Shown here one piece after another: positions 13,601 through 25,800 of a DNA stretch of 64,000 nt (position 1 is the first letter of the stretch; the number at the start of each line of letters is the position of its first letter). Origin of the DNA: Vicugna vicugna (taxonomy: Eukaryota). The position numbers were made by a program, and so were the translations under genes. The stretch covers positions 682,001 through 746,000 of the forward strand of contig MU058054.1 in the NCBI GenBank assembly GCA_013265495.1, in the 5' to 3' direction. Below the pieces are notes generated by a model. It saw only the letters and a program-made list of their open reading frames with translations. It searched no databases and was not told the origin of the DNA.

Positions 13601-15771
13601 TAAGTAAGAACACCTTGGACATTTTCTTAGGGTTTTTACTTCTTGCCTAAGAGGAGAAAAGTCAGGAAGAAAAAAGCCTATCAAATGAATACCACGCCCC
13701 CATTTAGTATAAACAGTAAGTTTAGAAACACACCCATATTTCAGGAAGCGCTCAGATTAACAAGAGTTTCCAGGGCACCTCTTTGCCTGAGCAGGTGGGA
13801 CCGCAGGGAGAGGTGAGAGGATGTGGACGGGGGCGGGGCTTGTGCTGCCCGGGGCTGAGGCTGGTACCTGGCGGCCAGGGAGTGGGCGTGTGGGGGCGGG
13901 GAGGGGAAGACAAGGGCAGCAGGCGTTGGCCAGGAGTCGACCACTCCTATTGTCTGTCCTTCTCCTTCGTCTCCACAACTCCTGCCCCAAACAAGACCTG
14001 CTTTTGACCAACCCTGGAGGGAGAGGTAGGGCACGGCAGGGATTAGGGATGGGGTTCCAGGGTGAATCCTCGGTCGCAGTGGGGTATTCAACATTGGGAC
14101 AGAAGGTAAGGACGGTTAAGTGGAAATCTCAACCATCCAGCTACGTGGGCCAGTTTTGAGGGGCCGTTCATGTCAAAGGGACAGAATGTTGCATGTAAAG
14201 GGTGCGGTGCTGCCCGCAGAACTCTAATTAGGCAGTTTCATGAACTTCTAACAAGTTCAGCAGATAACGCTGCTCAAGAAATCTTTATGACCCAGAGGGA
14301 GTGGAAATAAAGTTTAATAACCAATGAGGACATCAAGGGAGGGAGATTGTTCGGGAGAATTCTAGAAGCCGCCCTTCAGCTGGAGCATCTGGAGAAGTGA
14401 TCTAATTTCAGAAACTGTCTGCCTTAAGCCCTTCTTTTAATGATCGAGACTGAGATCACACAGTTAGATTTCAGTGGTCCATTCAAGGGCATCCATCAGC
14501 TGGCCCTACACATCCAACCACATCTCCTGGTTTCTTCCTTTATAAAAATTCAGGGTGATTTGGCCAAGCTCTCAGCCATCCTCGAGGACTTTGACTGTGC
14601 TTTTTGCTTGTATTGCTTCTAGTGCTTAAAGTACGTGCCACGTCTGCTTTCAGCCGTGCCATCAGTTCCTCTGAGGCCTATCTCAAGGCTCACCTCCATC
14701 CATCAGTTACACCCATCACTGCGTTGTCTCTCCTGGGAGACCAGGTGGTCCCACAAGGCACCAGAAGTATTAATCTGGGAGTCACACCATCAGGGCTGGG
14801 GCCCTGACGATGGCTCTGAAAAGGCCAACTTGTCTTCTCAGCGTACAGATGAGTGCATCACTTGGCCTGTCAGGCCTGAGACGCACCTGTGGTAGCTCGG
14901 CTCCTAGTAGCAGCGGCAAAGGCAGGATTAGCATCAGTGCACCGACTCTTCGTCTGCGGCTCTTTCCAGTGAGAGTGTGCGTGGCTGCTTCCAGACCTGT
15001 AGTTCCCAGCCATAAACAGATGCATCCACATTGTCATCAAAGATGTAGATGGAAATTAAAAGACTGTATAGATCGGGCATTGGGTGTCATTTTATCCTAA
15101 CTTTACAGTCTAATGAGAGGGATCTCCTCTAAATAAATATCTCCTGGGCTTACATCACACATTCTGATTCAGAAGCTTTTAAAGAAAGTATAGGATGAAC
15201 CATCCTAGTTTATGGGTACTTACTTCTGTTCCACCAAAGAGGTTTTAAGAGGCTAGGAATGTGTACTTGAATTCAAGTACAGTTTAAAGTGCAATGGGTT
15301 AGAGTAGTGGAGAACACGGCAATGGCATTTATTCATCTCAAGCACCTCTCGGCAGATAATTGACCTGGGCCATGATGAAAAAACAGTTCTATTAGGCCCC
15401 TTCCTCTCGTGGCTGATGCTCTTGCGCACTTGCTCTGGCACTTCTCCTTTGCTTCACTTTAAATAGAGCGCTTACTATAATATTGCAGGCATTGCCACTT
15501 TTGTAGCTGTTTCCACTCTCCTCCTTGCAGTAAAAAAAGCAACAGTAGTTAGATTAAAACATGAAGTTTTAGATTTTCACTCATGAAGATGCAACTCAGG
15601 AAAGCCTGGAGTGGCAGGCTAGATATATCCGCATTTTGGTGGGTTTCCTGCACTGTCAACTGAAAGCAGCAGTTCGTTCATAAAGAATGCAGGGTTCTGA
15701 GCACGCTTCTCTGTTTTGACGCATACTTGACCCGCGCTAGGCGTCTGTGTGAAGGGAAGATCCATCACAGA

Positions 15772-15920
15772 CACCTAACTTTCAGGGGGAGTCATGAATC
15801 CCTTTGGCAATCTGGTGCCGGCTACGGATCCTTTCTTAGGATAATGTTTTTATAAATGCATAAATTAATATACATTGGAAACCAACTATATGAGACAGTT
15901 CTATCCATGGACCCCTTGTG
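15772..15920 (+). mobile_element. hAT-Charlie fragment (MER119-like, internally deleted)
   Basis: gtcatgaatccctttggcaatctggtg...ataatgtttttataaatgcataaa...ttctatccatggaccccttg. Confidence 0.5.
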
Positions 15921-18720
15921 TCTTAAGTCTGTCATAGAGCTGACTCAGGCTCCTCCATCTACCTAATTTTTGGCTTTTCAAAGTGGAAGTATGAGGTTAG
16001 AAAGACCACTTCTTAGTATGGGGTCAAAACTCAAACCCAAAGCCCAAGTCACAAAGTGCAAAGACACTGGGGTCACATCAGGGAGCAGGGCTCTCAAGTT
16101 AGCAGGTGGCTGCTGACCTGGGCTGAGTCCAGGGCAGTGCAAAGGCTCTCTTCCTGCCTCCCCCACGCCCCTCTTCTCCCTGCCCGCTCATGCTTGAAAT
16201 CCCCTAATAGAGTCTAACTCCTTTGGTTTAATTAAATAGAGGATTTACTCTTGTTAAAAAGCAAAAACCCATGGGAGAGGTAATGCTCCAAGCCAAAGAT
16301 TTGCAGATTTATTTTCAGCAGTAGAATCTGTTTTTCAAATGCAACCTTAAAAAGAACGCTGATATGTAAATAAATGCCGGTTTTATGCAAATTTTACTAT
16401 AGTGTTATACATTGATTTACATATAAACAATATAAGAATACGTGTATATTTATATGTATTTATAAATAAGTCAATGTTGGTGACAATGAGGATGTTTTGA
16501 TAAAGGCAAATTATGAAATCAAGAGTTAGAGATAATAATTACAATTTACATCCGTTACAGCCTGCACCTTATTTCTGTTTTGTATTTTCCCTGCACAAGA
16601 TAAATTCCTGACCTAAATAGATAAGTAATTTCAAATTGCTAACAGTTTGTAATGGCACTTATAATCTCAGGATTTTCTTCAGGTAAAATGATTCAGAAGT
16701 TTAAAGACGAGTAGGGGTTTTTTTTGTTTCAAAGTAGAATCACGAATAAAATCTAACAACTGTTCATATTCTTTAGCAATTAAGGCTTTAGTTGGTAAGT
16801 TCTTGATCTGGGGAGATTTGACAAGTAAATGAGTAAGTACTTTGAATCCTGAATTCCTGATTTCATAACTTTGGGCATATACCTTAATCTTGGTCTCAGT
16901 TTCCTCATGTGTGAGGTGGTTACAAAAACAGCCTATTTTATAGGTGTAAAGGTTAAGTACAACAAAGCACACAAAGCACTTAGCACCGTGCTGAGTGCTA
17001 AGTGCTAAGTGCTTTTCATGAGTGCTATTATTAAGGGAGAGTTGAATGACTGAAAGTACGTTTCAGATGTGCCATGTGACATTTTAACATGTTCATCATG
17101 TCCGATTTAAAATTTATTTTCCGATACCTCAGCGCTTGTCTTTTTCAGATATTCACTCAGCTTCGAAACAATCTAATTTTGTTTTGCGCGTTGAGTCCAA
17201 ATTTTATGATGATGCTCTATCGCTGACCTTTTATCTGTAGATGTAAACAAAGCAACATTGCAACCCTGCAGTGCCAGATGGAGATTGTAGAGCATATTTC
17301 CAGTCAGGTGAGAACCAGCCCAAACTTAAAATGAGCTGTGAAACAGTTCATAATGCTATGTCACCACAATGCAACATGCGGTATTGTAATTGTGCAGGTG
17401 ACTGTCAGGCTGTGCCAAATGTGTGCGCCAGACAACTCGCCTGGCTTTTAATGGCTGGGAGCACACAGGTGTTGTGTGTAATACGGAGACCAGTTAATGT
17501 TCATGGAATGCTTACCCAGGGCTAGGGGCTGCTTTAGGAACTTGCCATGGATTGGCTCATTTAATCTTCACTTATTTATCTTGTATCGTTATTATACGAG
17601 CGTATGTGAGCGGGTCTGCATTTCAAAATATGAGTGGTACAAAGGTACACCCTATCTAAAAGAAAAACACCCTTACGAGAAGTTCAAAAGTACACACACA
17701 TGCATGCCCCCGTGTGAGCCCATGTGCTCAGGGAGTGAACCAGCCAGCACAAGGTAACCCAGTGATGCTATTGAATGCATTAAAATTTGGTATCTAACTT
17801 ATGTATGTGTGTATTGTTCTTTATTACACTTCAAAATAGTTTATATAACTTACCATGAAAATAAAATGTGAATTCAATGCCTACAGGCTCCCTGAAACTC
17901 TTTGGAGTTCTCTGTAACAATTTGAAAACCTGAGCATTAAACCTTATTCCTCGTTGATACCCAAGCCTTATTTCTTGTTGAAAGGAGCCAAATCAGATCA
18001 TCTTCTGGACACACAGGTGTGGAAAAGGGGGAAGGAAGTCTGAGATTTTTACTACTGATTGATTTTTTTTTTAGAAAGAGAGGAAGGAACCTTATTAGGC
18101 ACCTATTATGTGCCATCAATTATAATATACTATCTGTAAACCCCATAACATCTTTGCCTGACAGACACCAGGATCCTGACTTTACAAAAGAGGAAAAAGA
18201 GGACTCGAGATGTTACTTCGCTTACCTAGGGTTTCACAAGTGGCATATGGCAGATAGGGTCCAAACTCTGATCCACTCAACCCCAAACCCTTCCTACCAC
18301 ACCAGACTGCCTTCCAGCCAGCTTCCCCATTTTACAAACCAGGAAGATGAGGATGAGCAAGCTGGAGTAACTTGCTCCAGGAAACAGCTTGCTAGTGGCA
18401 AGGCTATTACAAGAATCCAGGAGCAAGGGAGTTTCCCTAGGTAAACTCCATCAAGTGGCCCAGTGGGAGGATGCCCTGGGCAACCAGGCTACTGGGGGCC
18501 AGCAAAACACTGCTTGATGCGGTGGAAGATGTGAAAAACAGACAAACGGACCAGACAACAGTGTCCCTGTCCTCATATCGGCAGGAGAAAGAAGGCATTG
18601 TCGTGTGAAATATTAAACAGAATCCCTGCCAGGGACCTCAGTAATATCTTGGTTCTACCTCTCAGCCTCTACAAGAATGTAAGCTTTAAATGATGGTATA
18701 AAACATGGCATAATACAGTA

Positions 18721-18908
18721 GGGGTAGGGTATAGCTCAGTGGTGGAGCACATGCTTAGCACGCACAAGGTCCTGGGTTCAATCCCCAGTACGTACCTCCA
18801 CTAAAAAATTTTTTTAAATAAATAAATAAACCTAGTTAACCTCCCCCCACACCACCAAAAAAAAGAAAGAAAAAAGTGAATTGACAAGCCACTGGGGGTA
18901 AGGGGGAG
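18721..18908 (+). mobile_element. Vic-1-like tRNA-Ala SINE with extra 3' sequence
   Basis: Intact A and B boxes. 20-bp TSD aaacatggcataatacagta (18701-18720) / aaatatggcataatacaata (18909-18928). Confidence 0.9.
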
Positions 18909-19240
18909 AAATATGGCATAATACAATATGTGAACATTGCCAATAATCATAACTAATATTTTCAGAGCAGAACTAATATTTGTACCAGGACCTTTGCTGA
19001 GTGCTTTGAATTATCTCATTTAAATCTCAATACAATCCTACAAGATATTCTTTCTGACATTTTACACATGAGGGAATGGAGGCTGTTTCTGGGAGGGTCC
19101 CCTTCTAGTAAGAACACACACTGGGCAGTCTGAACAGGAATCACTATCAGAGCTAAAAATTTCCCGGTGGGGTTGGTTTGGGAATGTGTGCAGGGTCTCA
19201 GCACAGAAACTCGAGGAATACAGCCTTCTCAAGGAGAGCT

Positions 19241-19846
19241 CTAATTCTAAAAGACACCTGCACCCCAATGTTCACAGCAGCACTACATACAACAGCCAAG
19301 ACATGGAAGCAACCCAGATGTCCATCGACAGATGACTGGATAAAGAAGTTGTGGTATATTTATACAATGGAATACTACTCAGCCATAAAAAGAATAAAAT
19401 TATGCCATTTGCAGCAACGTGGATGGACCTGGAGATTGTCATTCTAAGTGAAGTAAGCCAGAAAGAGAAAGAAAAATACCATATGACATCACTCATATGT
19501 GGAATCTAAAAAAAGAAGAAGAAAGAGGACAGTAATGAACTTGTCTACAAAAGAATCAGACTCACAATCTTAAGGTTATTGGGGAAAGAGGGTAGGAAGG
19601 GATAAATTTGAGAGTTTGAGAATTGTAAATGTCAACCACTATATATAAAAATAGATAAAAGACAAATTTCTTCTGTATAGCACAGGGAACTACATTAATA
19701 TCTTATAATAACCTTTAATGACAAAGAATATGAAAATGAATATATGTGTGTGTGTAGATATATATATACACACACGACTGGGACATTGTGCTGCACACCA
19801 GAAACTGACATACTGTAACTGACTATACTTCAATTAAAAAAAAAAA
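19241..19846 (+). mobile_element. 5'-truncated L1 (ORF2 C-terminus, 3'UTR, poly(A))
   Basis: Translates KDTCTPMFTAALHTTAKTWKQPRCPSTDDWIKKLWYIYTMEYYSAIK; poly(A) at 19836-19846. Confidence 0.92.
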
Positions 19847-22800
19847 GTTAGAGAACTCACTACAGCTAGATGTTTCATGAACGTTAGCTGATGATGGCAT
19901 GGCCTCTAATTGCCTGTCCCCACTCCCAGAGTAATAGACGTTTGTGAGAGAGCCGGACATGAACCAGTGACATTTGTCACATCACTCTCTTCAGCTGTCC
20001 CACCCAGCACTACAACCCAAGCAGAACTAAAATTCTCAGTGGCAACAACACACAAAGCCAATACACTACTTCTCACCATCACCACTATCATGTTGGTGGA
20101 ACTCATTTCGTAGGCTGTGAGTCAAGACAAACATGAAAAGTCACTGTTTTCTTGAAAACTCTTTCTAAGCGACCTGAGGAGAAAGCTCTCTTTAACGACA
20201 GAATTGAGAATGCTGATCACACCGTCGCGGTCCTTGGATAACGACCGTGTGTCATAAGTGGGATGTGGCATTTCTGAATGTCTTGAAAGCTATCTCCTTT
20301 TGTTCAACTAATTTAATTTACCACATGCTCCTGGGAAAAGGGAGGGGGACCAAGATGCTGACTCCACATTTCCTGAAAAATCAACCCTCCCTTTTGAAAG
20401 TGCGCTCAAAGAAATTACGTCTGATTGTTGTCTACTGGCTCCCGCCAACTCTACCCCTGCCCAAACTCTGCCCCGGCAGGTGTGAGGAAGAATGGATGCA
20501 GAACCTGAGTGAATACCCACATCTGTTTTTGGAAAAAAGGAACAGAAGCAGCACAGAAGGAAGTAAGAGAGATAATTGCTGGCTCCAACCACAATACATT
20601 TTACTTGCGGGCAGAGGGCCAGCTTACAGCAGGCGGAATATGCAGGCCCATCTTATTGGAATTCAGGGGTGGGCCTCCATTCTTGTCCGGAGACAGCTGT
20701 AAACCAGCAGCCCATAGCATCACAATCAGGCACCGAGTTTTGTCAAGGAATGCTGTTCTGTACAGACGCAGCTCTGTCTGCTTCAGCTGCACCCCTGCCT
20801 GGTGAACTGACAGTCAATCTCTGATTCCAGATGACAAGGACTGGATAAAAACTTAAAACAAATGGCGACCTTTCAAAAGATTAATTTGTTTACCAACAAA
20901 AATGTTCCCTCTTTGTCATCCGAGATGGGGGTGACCTTCACTTTCCCGTATCGAGGCTGAAAGGATGCTGACTATAGTCATCTGTTAAGTTAACTCCATC
21001 TCAGCAATTATTTCCTTTTTTATTTTTAGTGACAAGAAGGGCTTATTAATTCACTCTGCTTCTTGTTATGGTTTATAAATGCAACAAGCTCATTCTGAAT
21101 TACTGCAGTGTAACATCAATTTGTTTAAATCTAATTCTGCTACCGTTGCCAAATTATGTTGTGACTGTAACTGTGGCCATATGCATGGGCTTAAAACACA
21201 ATCACGTTTGGAAATCGTCCTTCTTTCTCCCTCCCCCCTCCTCACCCCACCCCTTACTTCTGGTGCTTCTTCTAATCATTTGACATTAACACAATTGCCT
21301 CACTTTCCATCACTTTATCATCTCAGAAATGAACGTGCTTTCTTTCAGTGAGAGAGATTACTGTGTACACCCCAAGTGAAACAGTAAAGAATGAAACTAT
21401 GATTTGTGAAGTGTGGGTGCTACCCAACCAAGTTAGTGAAAAACACTGCATAACATATGACTCATAAAATCTTGAAATCATAATAGTATTAAATTCAACC
21501 TCATGAATAAATAAAAGATTCTAAGTTTACATTGCATTATATATTTATTTATTTGGAAAGTGGGACCAAAGAACTGGTATAATTCTACAGCAACTCATAC
21601 GTTGCCAGAAAGAAAAATGTTTGTATGATTCTTTTCTAGGTCATAACAGTTATAATCGGAGTTATTTGTGCAGCAACTCCAAGCAATGTTTTGTTTGGCT
21701 ATTTTGTTATGCATTCATAATCGTTCTTTTAAAATTCATGTTAACAGATACATGTTTCAAGCCTTTTAAGAAACCCTTCTCATTTAAAAAAAATAAATCA
21801 AAGTCAACTTTTCTGTAGATCTTTTAATGTGTTGCATTAGGAAGAAGTCTGACTGGAGTAAAATGTCAGTGAGTAAGTACACACGGTATCACATTTCTCT
21901 TGGTCTTGCCAAACCTGTAAGGCTCTTAACGTCAGAAACATGTTGGAGGGTTTTTGTTTTCAATTTGGCAGATTTACGATATTGAAAAAAAAAATCAGTG
22001 ACTTTCACTTTTAATACTTTTTTTGTAAACGGCTTTTACACAAAAGAGTTACAGGATATACAGCCCTGCAGGCAGTTCTGCGGGGGCTGAGTGTGCATGG
22101 TGTGTTTGTGTATGGCTGCAGGGGTGTGTGTGTGTGTGTGTCTGAAGTATGTGTCTTCAGTGCACTAAAATCTTCACATCAGCCCATTATTATCAGAAAG
22201 GATGCACCTCTTCATAAAATGGAAGCAAATGCCAATATCTGGGAACCGATCATGTAAATCAGCAACATATTCAAATTTGCTGTCAAAAACGTCCAAGACT
22301 ATTTATAGGCGTTTGACAGGCTGTCCAAGTTTCATAAGAAGTAAGGAAGCACATGGCCCTCGGCAGCCAAATAGTAATCCCCCCTGAGCGTTTAGAGTAT
22401 TTCTAAAAAGCAATTAGCCCTCCTGCTTCTGCTTTTCCAATTAGCTATACATCATAGCACTGGGCACATTGCTTCAGATCAGGACAAGTGCTTTCAAAAA
22501 CATGTTTTTATACGTGGTGAATCACAACTGTATTTATTCCCAAGTATTCTACGTTGATTGTTTAAAACCAAACGCTGGAATATTTCTTTCACGGGACTTT
22601 TTGCACAGCGCTTCTATTTTACAAAACTAAAATGAAATTGTTTTTCACTTCGTACCATCATAGATCCACGTATCAACCTAAGATGATAGGGTCAACTATT
22701 TTGGTTAAAATGCCACAAGTTTGAGCAAGACGTACGTAAGATACATACATTGTAAAGTGCTCTGGTGTGGATTTTTATGGAGGCAAGCTGTAGGGGAAAA

Positions 22801-25800
22801 AGGGATCTTAAATACGATAAGTGAGTATGCAGTATCTATATGTTATGCAAGGTCAAGTGCTCTCCCAGATCCTCCATGTTCAGAGGACATGGGCACAATA
22901 TCCAAGGCACTCATCCTATTTGGAGATTTGAAAAAAATATATAATAAATAATTAAGATTCTGCCCCAACTTTGGCTATAATTTTGAATTCCCTGTTTATG
23001 TCTGAAGCTTTACGCAGGTTCATTAAAGCAAAGCTTCAGGCCGTCTCAGTCGCGAGGTCTGCCTTTTTAAACTTCAATACTCATCAGAAAAAGTTTGCAT
23101 GAAATGCTGCAGTTGCCTTGGGCTACAAAAACTTAGCGATCCACCAGCTAAGCCAATATTAATTCTAGATTGGAGGGGAAAACCAACAACAACAAAAGAG
23201 AAGTCTGCTTCTGTCTGTGCGGCCAGAGAAATAATATTTTTATTTCAAGGGCTTTGGGCTCACGGGAAGCAGATAAAAACCCTCGCACATTATTCACAGT
23301 GACATTTTAAATAAAGTTTCAGCGGGATAAAAATATCTAACTTTCTGGTTATTTCTTAGGCTATAAAAGTATTTCTATGATAAAGTGCTCTTAAACCAAG
23401 CCTGTTAGAATAACATAAAGCACATATAAAGAAACTAAAAATATATTTTCAGGGCTTCATGAATGAAGTAGGCAGCTGAAAATGTCTGTGTAGGAAATTT
23501 AGAAGATTAATCTAAGCAACTATTATGCCGGTTAGAAATGGGTTTGCAGTTTAACCCTAAAATTAATCTTGTTTTTAGTTTTGATTTCACTGAAGGATAC
23601 ATTTAAGAGCTTTTGAGAGAAGCCGAAGGTTTAAAAATGTACTTAAAAATGTGTAGATGTCACTTCAGTAATTGTTCTCGTATTAGAAATGATCTCAAAT
23701 GAAATAATTTTCCCATTAAAATGAAGCACTACTCTTGACTCTCCTAAGAAAACCCCGCCACACAGAAAGATTACGATCCTTGCTTTGGGACACTTAGCAG
23801 CAAGCCAATGGCAAAAATAGAAACAGACTCTGAGATTCCTTAATGTCCATCTCCATGTCACTATTCTTCCTTCTCATCATTTTGCTGACATAAAGGATTA
23901 ATCCCTGCTTTCTTCAGATTTAGAATAATATTCTTAAAATTCTGCATATTGTATGAGTATACACCATGGAGGCTGACACTGTGCCTTTTCCACTGGAAGC
24001 TTATACAAGAAATAAAATATTTAACATCTCTGTATTAATTCCGTCTGTTAGCTTATTTCCTCCTGTTAAAATGACGGTCTTAGATTATTTAGGAATAACA
24101 GATACAGTAGAGAAATTGGAATAAGCTATCAACAGATCTCTTAAAAAGAGGTTTACACTTTCTTAATCATTTCTAATTATAAACAGAATGAAAGCCACTC
24201 CATCTCATCTCCAAAAAATCTTCTAAGGACAAAAGGATCAAAATCTTTACTTAAAATCCACATGGCATCTTATACTGCTAATAAATAACTTCTAATTCTA
24301 AAAAAAAAATTAAAGCTCATTAAAACAACTCATTACTTACACTTGCTTTTCTCTGATTAATATATGGCAAACTGATTCCATGGGTTGTATTTACAGCAGC
24401 TCTGTGGCGGATGTTTTCAGGAGCCTGCGTGATTTTTACATTCAGCCCTATCTTTCGCTGAAACAAAGAAACAATGCAACTTTCATGCCGGATGAACAAA
24501 AATGCTGACTAACATTTTATATCCTCAAAGGAGTATAAAGTTCTTTGAGAATAATTATTTTAATATAATTCTCACTGGAAAAAAATATTTGAGACTTTTA
24601 TTTAGGTGACTAATTAGTCTTTTATTCATAGACAAGGAATTTTCTGCAGATTTTCCTCTGGGTATCCTATTGCTCATAAAAGTCTACCCTCGGACACCAT
24701 TCATTTTTCTCAGAAATAGTGCTAGAAGCCAACCAAGGTGGACAAAGGATGGAATACCTGGTCTCTGTTTATGTTCAGCTTTCCAGGTCAAGAATTTTAG
24801 CGATGAAATCTATACTACAGCTATGCAGGTAGAGGGCTCCCTTGGGCTGTTAATGTGGCCACTTTCCTCAAGGGACATTTACAGTTACCTTTCCGTTTGG
24901 ACTTGGGAAATTTACCACAACAAATGCATCTACTCCTTCACAGAGGTTTTGCTATCTGTAGGAAAAATATATGCTTTCGCTAGGAAAAAAGAAACGCATC
25001 TCGTTTGAGCTACGTATTCCTCGTTTAAAATAATTTCAAACGAGTTATTGCTGGGATGCTTAAAGACAAACCACCAGAGTGGGCAGCTCAGTGGGGGTGG
25101 GCAGGGGTGCTGGATGGGTGACTGGAGCCCTCGTCTTGCTCCCCCCTGGCCTGCCTGCCTGTGACCTTGGGTGAGTCAGCTCCCGTCTCTGGAAGCCAGT
25201 TTCTTTATTTGCCAATTGCAGCGGTTAGACTTCTGTCTCTTAAAGAACTATCACCCCCCCAGGCCCCGCCTCCCCTGCTTTGCCTTCTAAGATTCGTTGC
25301 TAAAAGGCAAATTGATGCTTGAGGACTATGGTAGCGCCAGCAGTTTCTGAAGTCTTTTGTGACTTTTTCAATTCAGTGGGTTTTAGCATATTCACAATGT
25401 TGTATAACCATCACCCTTACCTTAATTCCAGAACATTTTCATTATCCCAAAAAGGAACCTCATACCATTAACAATCACTGCTCATTTCCTCCTCCTCCCA
25501 GCATCTGACAACTGCTAATCGACTTTCCTTCTCTTGGGTGTGCCCATTTCTAGACATTTCTTATAAATGGCATCCTACAACATGTGGAATTGGTGACTTT
25601 TTTAAAAGGAGATGTTGTGAGCAATTAAAAACTCTGATTTCCTTTCAATGGAGTGTCAGTTCTGAGGGTGATCGGATGCAATTATTAAAACAGTTACAGG
25701 AACCAGACAGATTAGCTCGTGCTGTGGTCATTTCGTTGATCATAAGCGTTTGTGAATGGTCTGTGCCTGAGGTCACAGTGAAGGGGAAGACTACAGAAAC

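Noticed and set aside
20247..20824. 151-aa ORF and overlapping ORFs in the repeat-poor region
   Set aside because: Non-ATG starts, no recognisable domain, no clear exon boundaries, and lengths compatible with chance in 64 kb.
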